Positions 17,964 to 27,958 of a stretch of 64,000 nucleotides of DNA are shown one piece after another; within the stretch, counting starts at the first letter, position 1; every line of letters starts with the position of its first letter. This stretch comes from a virus. Lineage: Duplodnaviria; Caudoviricetes. Below the pieces are notes generated by a model. It was given only the letters and a program-made list of their open reading frames with translations, did not search any database and had not been told where the DNA came from. The stretch spans positions 4,587-68,586 of IMG/VR virus record IMGVR_UViG_3300014205_002439. One strand, written 5' to 3'. The translations under genes were made by a program, and so were the position numbers.

Positions 17964-19997
17964 GGCACTGCGGATCTTCATCAACTTCGCTGCGTCGTGA
18001 ATCTTCTTCGCAGCCGGTTCTTTCATCTTCATGGTATTTGCCAAGAAGCTGACACTGGCTTTACAGAAGTCGTCCATGTTCTTGATGCCGTTCTTAGACA
18101 ACGCTTCGGCTCGCACCTTTCCAATTTCTGGAATACGGCAGAGTGAAACGAGGTGCTCCGGCACGCCATAGACAAGACGATCACGCAGCGATGCGAAGAA
18201 CTCCTTACGTCCCCATTTGCCGCTCATCTGATCCAAGGCCCCGACAACTTCCAATGTGCGGTCAAGGTCGAACTTCAAAGCAGATTGAAGAGCACTGAGG
18301 TTCTCAGAATAGACACCGTGCATCATGTTGTAATAGACGCAACCAGCTTTAATCGCTGCCTCCGGCACACGTCCAACTCCGTAAATCTTCTCAACAGAAG
18401 ATTGGAATTTGACCATGTCGATGCGTTCTGCTTTGTTGACAATACCGCCTCGATGTGAGTCGATATTACCAAGAGCCAGAGCGACGGCAACTTCATTGCC
18501 CTGCATATTCTTGTTGAATAGGTTGTTGAAGTTGCTTCGAAGATCGGCTACGTCGAACGGCGAGTAATAGAACATGGACGCAATCTTTCCGATTGCTGTT
18601 GCTTCATACTGTCCTTCATTCAACGTAATTGCTTTTGCACGCACGAGCAAGTCAATCAGATTGTCAATAGCTGCGTCATTGAAGTAGCTTTGCTGGTGAT
18701 GGGCAAGGCTTTTGTGGAACCATTCATGGAACCCTTGTTTGGTTGTAATACAACCGTGATGAATTTCACTGACAACATGGAAGGCAAGGGTCTTGTAGTG
18801 ACCGCCGACGTTTTCCAAAAGTTGTGATCGGATTTCAGTTGGCTTTCGAAGCTTGATGAGACATTCAGTCTTGCGGCTTTCCGGAATGAGAATGTAAGCA
18901 TCACCCTTTGGATCGAACCGAGGGCGACCAGCACGACCAATCATCTGACCAATGTCATAGTTCTCAACAGCACTCATACCACGATTGATGCCGAGAACAA
19001 TCACACGTCGAGCCGGAAGGTTGAGACCCCATGCCAATGTGGAAGTTGCCACAATGACTCGGCATTTAGGATCGTCTTTGAATCGCTTTTCCAGAGCATG
19101 ACGTTTCGCTGCCGTCAAATCGGCATTATGAAAATCTGCATCAATGCCGCTGGCAGCAAGGGATTCCACCATCAACTTGCCAGTTCGCTTTGTATGGGCA
19201 AAGATCAAGAACTTGTCTTCTGAGTATTTGTCAACCAACCCAAGAGCCGTGGCGACCTTCTGCATTTCCTTTTCTTCGTAGCCAGATTCGCCATCGAAAT
19301 ACGTTTGGTAATGAATGACAAGTGGACAAGGACGGTACTTCGATTCGATAAGAACCGTATCTCGTTTCGTAAGAGTTGACACCCACTCGCATAATTCATC
19401 CACGTTCGGCATGGTTGCCGAAAGCAACACAAAGCGAATGTTCGGGTTGATTTCTGCAAGCTTCATCATAGCGACTTCAATATGGTCGCCACGAGAGGGT
19501 ACAGTCAAAAGGTGCGATTCATCGAAGATGACTGTGCCGACTTCCTTGAGGAAGGTGCTCTTTTCGGACTTTTGGTTACGGCATCGGGAAGCCAGCATTT
19601 CTGGCGTCATGACAATGCAGTTGGACTTATTGAGTTCATCAATACGGGACTTAGTGAATCGATAGTCACCGGTACAGATGGAGATGTTGAGCTTATTGAA
19701 ATGGTGTTCTGCACTCGTCCAGTCATCGGACTTTTCTTTGGCAAGTGCTTTCAGTGGCCCAACGTAGATGGCCTTGCCGCCTCTTCGATAAATCTCATCT
19801 GACATATACATTTCGCCCATGACCGTCTTCCCGGCAGAAGTGGCAGCGGCGATTGTGATATTAGTGTCATTCGAGACGTGTTCAAAGATAGCACTTTGTA
19901 CAGGATTAAAAGTGTCAAAGTCCCAACTGGCATACTTGAATGCAGAAGTTGGAATCAACTGATCTTCTGGTTTGTCTGTAATGCGAATTACACTCAT
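17955..19997 (-). CDS. Ski2/Hel308-like SF2 helicase
   Basis: AATSAGKT, VMTPE, DESH, LSAT, TSTLAWGLNLPA, QMIGRAGRP, C-terminal HhH (IPEIGKVRA). Confidence 0.9.
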   Translation of the reverse strand: MSVIRITDKPEDQLIPTSAFKYASWDFDTFNPVQSAIFEHVSNDTNITIAAATSAGKTVMGEMYMSDEIYRRGGKAIYVGPLKALAKEKSDDWTSAEHHFNKLNISICTGDYRFTKSRIDELNKSNCIVMTPEMLASRCRNQKSEKSTFLKEVGTVIFDESHLLTVPSRGDHIEVAMMKLAEINPNIRFVLLSATMPNVDELCEWVSTLTKRDTVLIESKYRPCPLVIHYQTYFDGESGYEEKEMQKVATALGLVDKYSEDKFLIFAHTKRTGKLMVESLAASGIDADFHNADLTAAKRHALEKRFKDDPKCRVIVATSTLAWGLNLPARRVIVLGINRGMSAVENYDIGQMIGRAGRPRFDPKGDAYILIPESRKTECLIKLRKPTEIRSQLLENVGGHYKTLAFHVVSEIHHGCITTKQGFHEWFHKSLAHHQQSYFNDAAIDNLIDLLVRAKAITLNEGQYEATAIGKIASMFYYSPFDVADLRSNFNNLFNKNMQGNEVAVALALGNIDSHRGGIVNKAERIDMVKFQSSVEKIYGVGRVPEAAIKAGCVYYNMMHGVYSENLSALQSALKFDLDRTLEVVGALDQMSGKWGRKEFFASLRDRLVYGVPEHLVSLCRIPEIGKVRAEALSKNGIKNMDDFCKASVSFLANTMKMKEPAAKKIHDAAKLMKIRSALT

Positions 19998-20014
19998 TGC
20001 ATACCTTTATAAAC

Positions 20015-20051
20015 AACGAGAGCGGGACTATTATTGAATCCCGCTCTCGTT
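20015..20051. terminator. 13-bp perfect hairpin, probable terminator
   Basis: AACGAGAGCGGGA / TCCCGCTCTCGTT. Confidence 0.65.
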
Positions 20052-20059
20052 AGACTGAC

Positions 20060-20335
20060 TTAGAAATCGACTGCGAGGAGGTTGACTTTTCGCTTCTTCG
20101 CTTCCCGAGTAACGATGTCCTTGATGACATCGCACAGTTGGTAAACTTCGTCCGCAGAGCGAGCAGATGCAAAGATTACATCTACTTGAGACTTTCGGGA
20201 CATAGCGTTAAGAGCCTCAGCGAGATCGTCACTGTAGCGTTCGATCAATCGACAACCAAGATAACGAAGTTCGTCATCTGAAAGCGAAGAAACAAACTCT
20301 ACTAGTACAGTCTTGCAATCCTTTTGGTGTTTCAT
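20060..20335 (-). CDS. Hypothetical protein
   Basis: Start reassigned to MKHQ. Confidence 0.6.
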   Translation of the reverse strand: MKHQKDCKTVLVEFVSSLSDDELRYLGCRLIERYSDDLAEALNAMSRKSQVDVIFASARSADEVYQLCDVIKDIVTREAKKRKVNLLAVDF

Positions 20336-20347
20336 AGGAGCCTCACC

Positions 20348-20701
20348 ATGACCAATGAAATTGTTATGCGACCGCAATTAGAGAAATTGCTGATGTCGCA
20401 TTGGACAGAATTCTTGAATAAGACAGCCTTGCTGCGAAGAGTCCTAGAAGATGCACGGAACACTTCGTTTAAGGTGGTGAACAAACACGACGCTGCACCA
20501 GCGTCACAACTGAAGGTTACTATAACGAAGTTCCAGTTGCTTGACAACAGCAAGTTCGAGCTTTGGGTCGAATTCGCTGTGCCAAGGGAAGATGGAACTG
20601 TAATAGGAACACATACTTACCATTTAGGTTTGGACGGTTCTTTAAGACTCGAAGAATCTTACGGTGTTTTGTTTCAAACTGAAAGATCAGACAATCTCTA
20701 A
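20348..20701 (+). CDS. Hypothetical protein
   Basis: AGGAG RBS before MTNE. Confidence 0.6.
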   Translation: MTNEIVMRPQLEKLLMSHWTEFLNKTALLRRVLEDARNTSFKVVNKHDAAPASQLKVTITKFQLLDNSKFELWVEFAVPREDGTVIGTHTYHLGLDGSLRLEESYGVLFQTERSDNL

Positions 20702-21016
20702 TCTTTTCACTTCGAGACCCTCGGCGTTTACACCGTTATCAATGCAGATGATCTTCTTCTCGGCGTCCGAGTATTCGAGCATCAAATTGTAGGTGTCAAG
20801 AATGGCCGTCTTATCCTGTCGAGTTGATTTCACATAGCAGTAATCATTAGAGATTTCAGTGCCGTTTTTGCCTTCCTTGGTAATTCCGATTTCAAGACGG
20901 ATACCATCTGGCAAGAGCAGGTCGATACTGCCTTTATTAAGAAGGTGTGCAATAAGAAGGGCTTGAATCTTCTGAGCATATGACTTTTTCATGTTGTTCA
21001 TGACAGGACACCTCAT
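20687..21016 (-). CDS. Hypothetical protein
   Basis: ORF track. Confidence 0.55.
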   Translation of the reverse strand: MRCPVMNNMKKSYAQKIQALLIAHLLNKGSIDLLLPDGIRLEIGITKEGKNGTEISNDYCYVKSTRQDKTAILDTYNLMLEYSDAEKKIICIDNGVNAEGLEVKRLEIV

Positions 21017-21071
21017 CGAATTGTAATTGGTATTTCTACCATGAATATCTATTCATTGTTAGAAATGAAAA

Positions 21072-21536
21072 TCACTCATCAACATCAGGAGCGTCCTGCA
21101 AATAAGAAGGTTGTGCCCTCTTAAAGAAATAGTCTTCAAACTCAGAATCGGTGGCCCCGTCTGGAGATAGCGTTTCCCCATCGCAAAATAAGAGAGTCCA
21201 GCAATACAGCTTGTGGCGACCCTTCATGAACTCTGTAAAGCAAAGATGTTCATCCGCCAAAAAAGCAAATCCCAATTTGCAGACCAAGTCGAATGGGAGG
21301 AATGGCGTGTATGCACTTTGAATCTGTAAGCACTCAACGGCTCGATCATTATGGATTGATCGACTGAAGTTCAGTATCACCTCGTAGCCATCAATATGAA
21401 AGTGTCGGATTTTCAACGGGAGGATTATGTACTCTTCCGCAAGCGGCACCTGTGGGAAAGTCAGGTGCTCGCTGCGGTGAGCGAAATCTCTCATGCGTTC
21501 AACGACATCTTCAAGCTTTTCAAAATGGTAGTGCAT
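21072..21536 (-). CDS. Hypothetical protein
   Basis: ORF track. Confidence 0.55.
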   Translation of the reverse strand: MHYHFEKLEDVVERMRDFAHRSEHLTFPQVPLAEEYIILPLKIRHFHIDGYEVILNFSRSIHNDRAVECLQIQSAYTPFLPFDLVCKLGFAFLADEHLCFTEFMKGRHKLYCWTLLFCDGETLSPDGATDSEFEDYFFKRAQPSYLQDAPDVDE

Positions 21537-21542
21537 AGGAAC

Positions 21543-22532
21543 TCATAACATATACTTCGGCGAGTATAAGAGAGTTTCCTGATCCTCAGAAAAGTTGGGC
21601 TGATACTTTCTGACCATCTGCTTGATTTCGTAGAGAGCCTTATCTCTCGTACCCGGTTGCCAAATACCAGTCGTCATGAGAGGAGCATTCTCGCTCAGTT
21701 TGAGCAAGAACCAATCACGACATTGCTTCATGCCATCTGAAAGGTTGGTTTGATCAAATCCTAAATGAGCGAATACTTCAATGGGATCAAGCCAAGCAAG
21801 GGCTGACTTGTACGACGAATAGGTAGAAGTCTTCTTTGGCATCGTTTTGGAAACCTCAACGAACCTCAGAATCAAACGAATCCAGTTCTTTACAAACATT
21901 GGATCAAGACAGGCAGTGTGATCAGCCACTCGTACTTCTAGCGACTTGCGTCGTTTCTGACGCATATGATATGTGTTGATGGAGAAGTATTTCACCGTCG
22001 AAAGACGGTCGATAATGTCTTCCGGCCCATATACTCGGTTGTGTTCAAAAAGATCGCTCATACCGATCAATTGTGTATGACGAGAGCAACGACGGTAAGT
22101 CGGCAGGAAATCAAAGAAGACAGGTTCACATTTAATCCACCATGCAAGGATGGAACCAATCTGTGATACTTTCAGATCATCTAGATTGATGTGTACATGG
22201 AACGAGCAGCGACGATCAGACTTGATCGTTGGTTCACCACTAAGAACGTCTACGACTCGCACGAGTTTCGTAAGATCGTAAGCACCTTTGAGGATAGGAG
22301 TACAAATCTCCATTCCACAAGAGCCGTCGGGCTTAATGATCCAACAATTGTTGTTGTTGGTGTGGTGCCACCCATGTAGTTCCACCTTGGAATTTGTGAC
22401 TTGCCGAATAAGGCGAGCCACAAGAGGTGCTCCGTCAGGAACTTCTTCTTTCGGTTTCAAAACGTCGGTTGTGGTGTTGAGTTCGATCTCAGTACCAAAC
22501 CTTCTATAATTATCTACGATGATCTTGTTCAT
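21543..22532 (-). CDS. Putative amidoligase (COOH-NH2 ligase, Amidoligase_2-like)
   Basis: FGTEIEL, WIIKPDGSCGMEICTPIL, CSFHVHI, YFSIN, SLEVR. Confidence 0.8.
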   Translation of the reverse strand: MNKIIVDNYRRFGTEIELNTTTDVLKPKEEVPDGAPLVARLIRQVTNSKVELHGWHHTNNNNCWIIKPDGSCGMEICTPILKGAYDLTKLVRVVDVLSGEPTIKSDRRCSFHVHINLDDLKVSQIGSILAWWIKCEPVFFDFLPTYRRCSRHTQLIGMSDLFEHNRVYGPEDIIDRLSTVKYFSINTYHMRQKRRKSLEVRVADHTACLDPMFVKNWIRLILRFVEVSKTMPKKTSTYSSYKSALAWLDPIEVFAHLGFDQTNLSDGMKQCRDWFLLKLSENAPLMTTGIWQPGTRDKALYEIKQMVRKYQPNFSEDQETLLYSPKYML

Positions 22533-22554
22533 GATGGGCCAACTGTACTATAAT
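22525..22554 (+). promoter_or_regulatory. Possible sigma70-type promoter
   Basis: TTGTTC-18 nt-TATAAT upstream of the gene at 22585. Confidence 0.4.
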
Positions 22555-22584
22555 GCGACCCTCGGGTCAAAGGAGATTATCTAT

Positions 22585-23070
22585 ATGAAACCAGCCAAAA
22601 GACTGATGATTGAGTTCAGCGACGGTCGTCGCTTGTTCACTCATATGAAGAATTTACCATTGTTGGTGGAATTCGCCAAGACCTTTAAGGTCAAAATCGC
22701 CGTCGTAAAGGTCTCAACCGACGAACTGGCGGAAATGAAGGATATCGTCGCAGGATTTTGCGATCCAAACTTCAAGAGCATGGAGGCCACCTATGAGGTA
22801 CTCCAAAACTTGTACCCAAAAGGATCTAAATCATCGAAATCTCGTACACAGATTCTCGAAGACGCCAAGAAGGTGAAGCAGCAAATCCGTGAGGATTTTC
22901 TCAAGTCTCAAAAGTTGACATTCAAGCAGATCAAGTCTAGCTTTGAACAGATGTCACTCACCGACGCCTGCCTCTCCACGCACTTCTCCAAGGTTCGCAA
23001 AGAACTGGAGAATGAAGGATATTCGGTCGAGAAACTTGGTATTGGCTCTTACAAGATTCAGAAAGCCTAA
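22585..23070 (+). CDS. Hypothetical protein
   Basis: AAGGAG RBS before MKPAKR. Confidence 0.6.
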   Translation: MKPAKRLMIEFSDGRRLFTHMKNLPLLVEFAKTFKVKIAVVKVSTDELAEMKDIVAGFCDPNFKSMEATYEVLQNLYPKGSKSSKSRTQILEDAKKVKQQIREDFLKSQKLTFKQIKSSFEQMSLTDACLSTHFSKVRKELENEGYSVEKLGIGSYKIQKA

Positions 23071-23072
23071 CA

Positions 23073-23435
23073 ATGAAGATTTTCGTCTACGGTACACTTA
23101 AGCGTGATGGTGGAGCGTATTCCTTAATGGAAGCCGCTGAGGGTAAGTTCCTCAAGACGGTTCGAACCACTAAGGACTACGAACTCTTTGTGACCGATGG
23201 CGGCTTCCCCGGCATGAAGAAGAGACTCACCGAAGTTGAAGGCAACGGTGTGCTTGGAGAAGTGTTTGAAGTGAATCCCAGCAAGACGGGCCGCATGGAT
23301 GGATACGAAGGGATTCCGTATCTCTTTCAGAGGAAGACTGTTGAGTTAGAGGACGGTGATACCGCACTCGCTTATGTCTTCAACCATGAAGTTGATCCTG
23401 CAAATCTTGTAACAGCAGGTGTCTGGAACAACTAA
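23073..23435 (+). CDS. Gamma-glutamylcyclotransferase (AIG2-like)
   Basis: IFVYGTLKR, VLGEVFEV, MDGYEG, LFQR. Confidence 0.88.
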   Translation: MKIFVYGTLKRDGGAYSLMEAAEGKFLKTVRTTKDYELFVTDGGFPGMKKRLTEVEGNGVLGEVFEVNPSKTGRMDGYEGIPYLFQRKTVELEDGDTALAYVFNHEVDPANLVTAGVWNN

Positions 23436-23437
23436 CA

Positions 23438-23466
23438 AAAAAGCCGGGTTCATCACCCGGCTTTTT
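23438..23466. terminator. Bidirectional intrinsic terminator
   Basis: AAAAAGCCGGGT-tcatc-ACCCGGCTTTTT between convergent genes. Confidence 0.85.
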
Positions 23467-23468
23467 CT

Positions 23469-24098
23469 TTAAGTGTTCATATATCGTGATGGCTCGTCTT
23501 CGTAGAACTCGTAATCAAGTGTACTGCAAATGATTTGCAATGCTTCGACCACTTCGTCTTTCTGATAGTGGTATTTCGGAGTCCAACCATGAACATCTTT
23601 ATTCCAAGATCCGAAAAGACCCTCTTGGAACTTCTGTTTGGTTGGATGCCATAATTGAACCGACATACCCAAATCGCACGGCATGTGCCAATTCCCGGCA
23701 CCATCGACAGTCATGCTGCTTTTTAGACATTCGGGAGGGTTAGGGCCATAACCCTTGCCTATAGGTTCCTTCCATACAACATGGATACTGTGATCATAAA
23801 GATCACGACCAAGAATCGGTAGATTGAAATCAAAGGGGGCACCAATAGCCGTATGGAAACATTGGTGATACCGAATAGCTTTGATACGATCCAAAGTTCC
23901 TTGCATCCTATCCCCAACAAAAACTCCATCCTGAAGGGGTACTTCTGGATATCCATCGTAAAACGATTGAGTTGTCCAATTCCGATTACGATGTGCTCCA
24001 CATGACAGTCCCCATCGATTGATTTGATCGGTAATATGAGTGATGATGACTTGCTGTCGCTTCTTAAGCTTCATTCTGATTTCTGGTGTTGGTGCCAT
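23469..24098 (-). CDS. Hypothetical protein
   Basis: GGAG RBS before MAPTPE. Confidence 0.6.
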   Translation of the reverse strand: MAPTPEIRMKLKKRQQVIITHITDQINRWGLSCGAHRNRNWTTQSFYDGYPEVPLQDGVFVGDRMQGTLDRIKAIRYHQCFHTAIGAPFDFNLPILGRDLYDHSIHVVWKEPIGKGYGPNPPECLKSSMTVDGAGNWHMPCDLGMSVQLWHPTKQKFQEGLFGSWNKDVHGWTPKYHYQKDEVVEALQIICSTLDYEFYEDEPSRYMNT

Positions 24099-24111
24099 TG
24101 TGTCTCCAAAT

Positions 24112-24144
24112 AAAAAAGGCCGAGTTTTTTGAACCCGGCCTTTT
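24112..24144 (-). terminator. Intrinsic terminator after uvsX
   Basis: GGCCGGGTT-caaa-AACTCGGCC followed by a T-run on the minus strand. Confidence 0.75.
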
Positions 24145-24147
24145 CTC

Positions 24148-25422
24148 TTATTCTTCCAATTCGCCCAATTCTTCGGCGTCCTCATCACTTTCGATCAGAG
24201 GATTACCTTCAGCGTCGAATGACACTGCCTTTTCAGAAAAGACACCGCTCTCGCTCAAGTCGATGGCGTCCTTGAAGTCGGCCAGATATTCTTGAACTTC
24301 TTCAGTGGTCTTTGCATCAACTAAGCGAGGGTTGTCAAGCAAGACCTTCAAAGGAAATACGTTTTCGATTTCCCCTGCTTTGAACTTGTACTCTTCGCCT
24401 GTTTCGGTAAATTCAGGCTTCACAAAGAAACTACCATTACCCTTAGCAACGATACGTTCGGCTTGCTTGAGAATGGTGACGAGTCCGGTTAACGGGTTAA
24501 CACCAGTATCAAAGTAAAGCTTCACGCCTTCTGTTTCAGCAAATGGACGGAACGTTCTGTTTTTCACGTTCTTAATCGCCATATTGACGCCTGCAAAGGT
24601 CTTCAGTTCCTTATTCTCAATCTTCTTTCTCGTCGCTGTACGGAGACGGCAAGAAGCGTAGAATGGCAGGGCATTACCACCACCAGCGGTTGTTTCCGGG
24701 TTCCCATAAAGAACCCCGATCTTTTCACGAGTCTGGTTGATGATAAGGATAGTTGCTCCGTACTTCTCAAGGCGAGACTGAAGCTTTCGGAGTTCTTTGC
24801 TACAAACTTTGGCACGTTCGCCCGGTTGCTCTTTGCGACCGACGATCTTCTTCCACTGAGTTGGATTGTAGTTCTCAGGGAGATTGGTTTCACTGAACTC
24901 TCGTTCGCATGGCGAAACAGAAATCGAGTCATACACGAAAACGATTGGTTTCGGCTCACGTTTGTGTTCTTTCTCACGTGCTCGAATGAAATTCACTGCA
25001 TTGTGAATCTTATCGAAAGCCTTTTCCAATGTGAATGGTGCGTAACGCAGAATTTTCTTCAAATTCAAGTGCGAGGTTCGCTCCATGAACTCCCCGTTTG
25101 TTGCATTTTCGCAATCGAGAATGATCGGCCAACCGCCAATCTTCTGACAACCACGCAGAATGTTTGAGGCAATAAGCGACTTACCAGAAGAAGAAGGCCC
25201 ATAGAACTCGGTGATACGATTGCCGGGGATTCCACCGCCAATAAATCGACCTGAGCAGATGTAGTTCAGGGCAAAATTGCCTGTATCGATGAAGAAGTTG
25301 CAGGTTTCAAGATCGGCTAATACATTCCCCGCCGTCGCTTGTGCGATTTGGGAAAACAAGTCTTCATCAGAGATTTCGGTTTTCTTTGTAGTTTTAGTGG
25401 TTGCTTTAGTTGCTTTCTTCAT
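24148..25422 (-). CDS. uvsX: RecA/UvsX recombinase
   Basis: FIDTGNFALNYICSG, ITEFYGPSSSGKS, LDCENA, VYDSIS, IINQTRE, GGNALPFYASCRL. Confidence 0.92.
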   Translation of the reverse strand: MKKATKATTKTTKKTEISDEDLFSQIAQATAGNVLADLETCNFFIDTGNFALNYICSGRFIGGGIPGNRITEFYGPSSSGKSLIASNILRGCQKIGGWPIILDCENATNGEFMERTSHLNLKKILRYAPFTLEKAFDKIHNAVNFIRAREKEHKREPKPIVFVYDSISVSPCEREFSETNLPENYNPTQWKKIVGRKEQPGERAKVCSKELRKLQSRLEKYGATILIINQTREKIGVLYGNPETTAGGGNALPFYASCRLRTATRKKIENKELKTFAGVNMAIKNVKNRTFRPFAETEGVKLYFDTGVNPLTGLVTILKQAERIVAKGNGSFFVKPEFTETGEEYKFKAGEIENVFPLKVLLDNPRLVDAKTTEEVQEYLADFKDAIDLSESGVFSEKAVSFDAEGNPLIESDEDAEELGELEE

Positions 25423-25449
25423 TTGTGACCTATGTGTAAGGAATGTTAC

Positions 25450-25485
25450 GAAAAAAGCCAGAACCAGATTGGCTGGTTCTGGCTT
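25450..25485 (-). terminator. Intrinsic terminator after the SSB gene
   Basis: AAGCCAGAACCAG / CTGGTTCTGGCTT plus T-run. Confidence 0.8.
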
Positions 25486-25513
25486 ACGATTCTAGCAGCG
25501 TTTCAGAACGATC

Positions 25514-26515
25514 TTACGTGAGATCGGATTCAGCTTCTTGCATCTGACGGAGGAAGTCTTCATCCTCAATGGTCACGTCCTGTTCTGGCTCGGACATGAT
25601 TGCGTCTTCTGCGTTACCAACAGCATCGCCAAGATCATCAGGACTGACGTTCTCAGACGAACGGCTCTTTGCAGCCGTTGCAGTTCCGCCGCCGTACTTG
25701 GCATCGAACTTCTCAACCGAGAAGCCTTCCTTGTCATCGGCGATGAGCTTGCGGTGAATGGCGAGTTCACGCTCAAGCGTTTCGAACGGAGTGTTGACAT
25801 GGTTCTTGGTGAGGTCGTGGAGACCCTCAACCCACTTCTTGACTTCTTCCGGCGTGCCGAGCGGAGACGGATCACGAGCAAAGCTCGAACGGTCGTAGTT
25901 CGGGTAGGCATTGTCGCCAGTGCCACGCATTTCGACCTTGATGAAGAAATCGAATCCGTTGACCGGATCAGTCACGTCGCCCAAAGGAGCTTCCGTTTCA
26001 TCGCCAACGATGGCACGGATGATCATCTTGTGAAGAACCTTACCGACACTGAGAATTCTCGGACCAACATTTGTAAGCACCTGACCGTTTTCGTCAGTCA
26101 TCTTACGCACGATGGCGTTGTAGTAGTAACGCTCAATCGGCTTGATGGAACGAGCTTCCTGCTGATAGCGTTCGGCTTCATCCTTGCGACCAGCCTTTTC
26201 AGCCTTATCCGAATCTCGCCAAAGCGAGTTGTAATAGTCAACGATAGGATTCGGGGTCTTCTTGTCCCAATTTCCTTCGATCAATCGCTTCGGGTCGTGA
26301 ACCTTACGGCCATTGATGTTGTGGAATCGAGTGTACTCGAACAGCTTCGAACCCTTTTTCGGAGGCAGGATGCGAACCTGCACAACTGCTGTCTGGCCCG
26401 GCTTGGGCTTCGGCATTGGAACGTATTGATCAAGGTAAGAGGTGTTGCGGTCAGTGTTGACACGCTCATCTTCCATCCGCATGTCTTCGAGGTTGAGTTT
26501 TCCAAATTCTGACAT
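25514..26515 (-). CDS. Single-stranded DNA-binding protein (T4 gp32-like)
   Basis: VRILPP, ERYYYNAIVR, PRILSVGKVLH, GFDFFIK, YPNYDRSSF, acidic tail; adjacent to uvsX. Confidence 0.8.
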   Translation of the reverse strand: MSEFGKLNLEDMRMEDERVNTDRNTSYLDQYVPMPKPKPGQTAVVQVRILPPKKGSKLFEYTRFHNINGRKVHDPKRLIEGNWDKKTPNPIVDYYNSLWRDSDKAEKAGRKDEAERYQQEARSIKPIERYYYNAIVRKMTDENGQVLTNVGPRILSVGKVLHKMIIRAIVGDETEAPLGDVTDPVNGFDFFIKVEMRGTGDNAYPNYDRSSFARDPSPLGTPEEVKKWVEGLHDLTKNHVNTPFETLERELAIHRKLIADDKEGFSVEKFDAKYGGGTATAAKSRSSENVSPDDLGDAVGNAEDAIMSEPEQDVTIEDEDFLRQMQEAESDLT

Positions 26516-26585
26516 AGTTAATTCTCCGTAGACTTAGTTAAAGGGTTTGTTGTCTGTCGCAAGACAGTTGTGTGACAACGTGCTT

Positions 26586-26614
26586 GTTATATTAAGTCTC
26601 GGAGAATCAGTCAA
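26586..26614 (-). promoter_or_regulatory. Sigma70-type promoter for the SSB gene
   Basis: TTGACT-17 nt-TATAAC on the minus strand. Confidence 0.65.
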
Positions 26615-26633
26615 CCCGCTTTAGTGAAATTCT

Positions 26634-27068
26634 TTAAGTTTCAGAATTCGCAACGAAAGAACATTCGGCACCACCTGAAGCTTCGACCAGTTCCTTTTCC
26701 TTATCACTCAGGAGATCCATTTTTTCTTTAAGTTCGAAAGCTCCCTCTTTCTCTAACTGTGCATTCACGAATCGCTTCTGCTCAGTTTCTTTCTCATGTT
26801 CGTCTTCGAGAGAAGCAAGAACCTCAATGTTCCGCTCAATCTGCTCACGAACTTCAGGAGAGAGTTTGTCCTTAACCAAACGGTACTGTTCTTCCATCGT
26901 GTCGATTTGCTTCACGAGTTTCTTGTGATCTTCTTCCTTGTGTTCGTCTTCACGCACGGCTCGTTCAGCCCGACGAGTCGCTAGACGCTTCTCCAAGAAA
27001 TACAACTTGTTCTCTTTCTCTCGTGCCTTCCGCTTGCGAAGCTTCTTCGCATCCTTGTTCATGCTCAT
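26634..27068 (-). CDS. Basic coiled-coil hypothetical protein
   Basis: ORF track. Confidence 0.6.
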   Translation of the reverse strand: MSMNKDAKKLRKRKAREKENKLYFLEKRLATRRAERAVREDEHKEEDHKKLVKQIDTMEEQYRLVKDKLSPEVREQIERNIEVLASLEDEHEKETEQKRFVNAQLEKEGAFELKEKMDLLSDKEKELVEASGGAECSFVANSET

Positions 27069-27082
27069 TGGAAATCCCTTTC

Positions 27083-27958
27083 TTATGGTTTGAACCCCGG
27101 CCGAATCTCAGGCATCTTGTAAGCAGAGAGATCATTAGACTCTTCGCCTTCAATAGGAATGTTACGATACTGCTCAGGGATTTGACTTCGGTCGAGCGGC
27201 CCTCTTGGGCCTCCACCTCCACCGGCACCATTATCATAGAGAAGTTTGGGTTGCTTTTCTCGCTGAAAGTCTCGGTTGAACTCTTCACCTCCCAGCAGGC
27301 CAACACCCACCACAGTGAAAAACTTCTCGTCTACATCAACAATCTTACCGGTATCATCTGTAATCCAATAAACGCTTCCCAACATACCACCGAGTGGATG
27401 TTCGTTCTGTCGATGAACAGGATATTGTTTACCTACCGTCAACTTGAATCCAAGACGTTCTGCTTCGAAGCGATTTTGTCCTTCAGGTTCGAATGTAACC
27501 TTAAACAAAATACGCTTTTGATTCACTGGAACAGGAGCAAGATTGCCACCTTGTCCAACACGAGTCGGCACCGATTGCAATAGTGGTACTGGAGCACCGT
27601 TCGCCGCTGTGCGTACAATATTCATTGCCACAGCGACTTCTGGTTCTGCTTCTTGTACATCGTCAACCACAACAGGTGCAGTTCCATCAAAGGAGAACTT
27701 CTTATTCTTTAAGACGATACCCCGACCGTCTTTAGACTCCTTGAAGTTCACCTCTCGTTTGACGAGTTCGTAAACTTTCACATCTACAACCCAAATGTCT
27801 CGACGAGCAAGTTGGGACAATACGGAGCCAGCAACCTTCTCAAGCGGCGTGTCATCAAATCCAGACCCGACCTTCTTCTTGATTTCTTTCTTATTCTCTG
27901 TATCGTAAGAACCGTCTTCTTTGCGTTCGTGGTAGAGATATGTTACTTCGTATCCGAT
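27083..27958 (-). CDS. Hypothetical protein, probable non-canonical ATC start
   Basis: Frame is open 46 codons upstream of the ORF-track TTG, reading (I)GYEVTYLYHERKEDGSY; AGGAGGT lies 5 nt before the ATC. Confidence 0.65.
   Translation of the reverse strand: MGYEVTYLYHERKEDGSYDTENKKEIKKKVGSGFDDTPLEKVAGSVLSQLARRDIWVVDVKVYELVKREVNFKESKDGRGIVLKNKKFSFDGTAPVVVDDVQEAEPEVAVAMNIVRTAANGAPVPLLQSVPTRVGQGGNLAPVPVNQKRILFKVTFEPEGQNRFEAERLGFKLTVGKQYPVHRQNEHPLGGMLGSVYWITDDTGKIVDVDEKFFTVVGVGLLGGEEFNRDFQREKQPKLLYDNGAGGGGGPRGPLDRSQIPEQYRNIPIEGEESNDLSAYKMPEIRPGFKP

Noticed and set aside
25538-26512. 324-aa plus-strand ORF antisense to the SSB gene
   Set aside because: Shadow ORF from strong codon bias on the opposite strand; no RBS or protein-like motifs.
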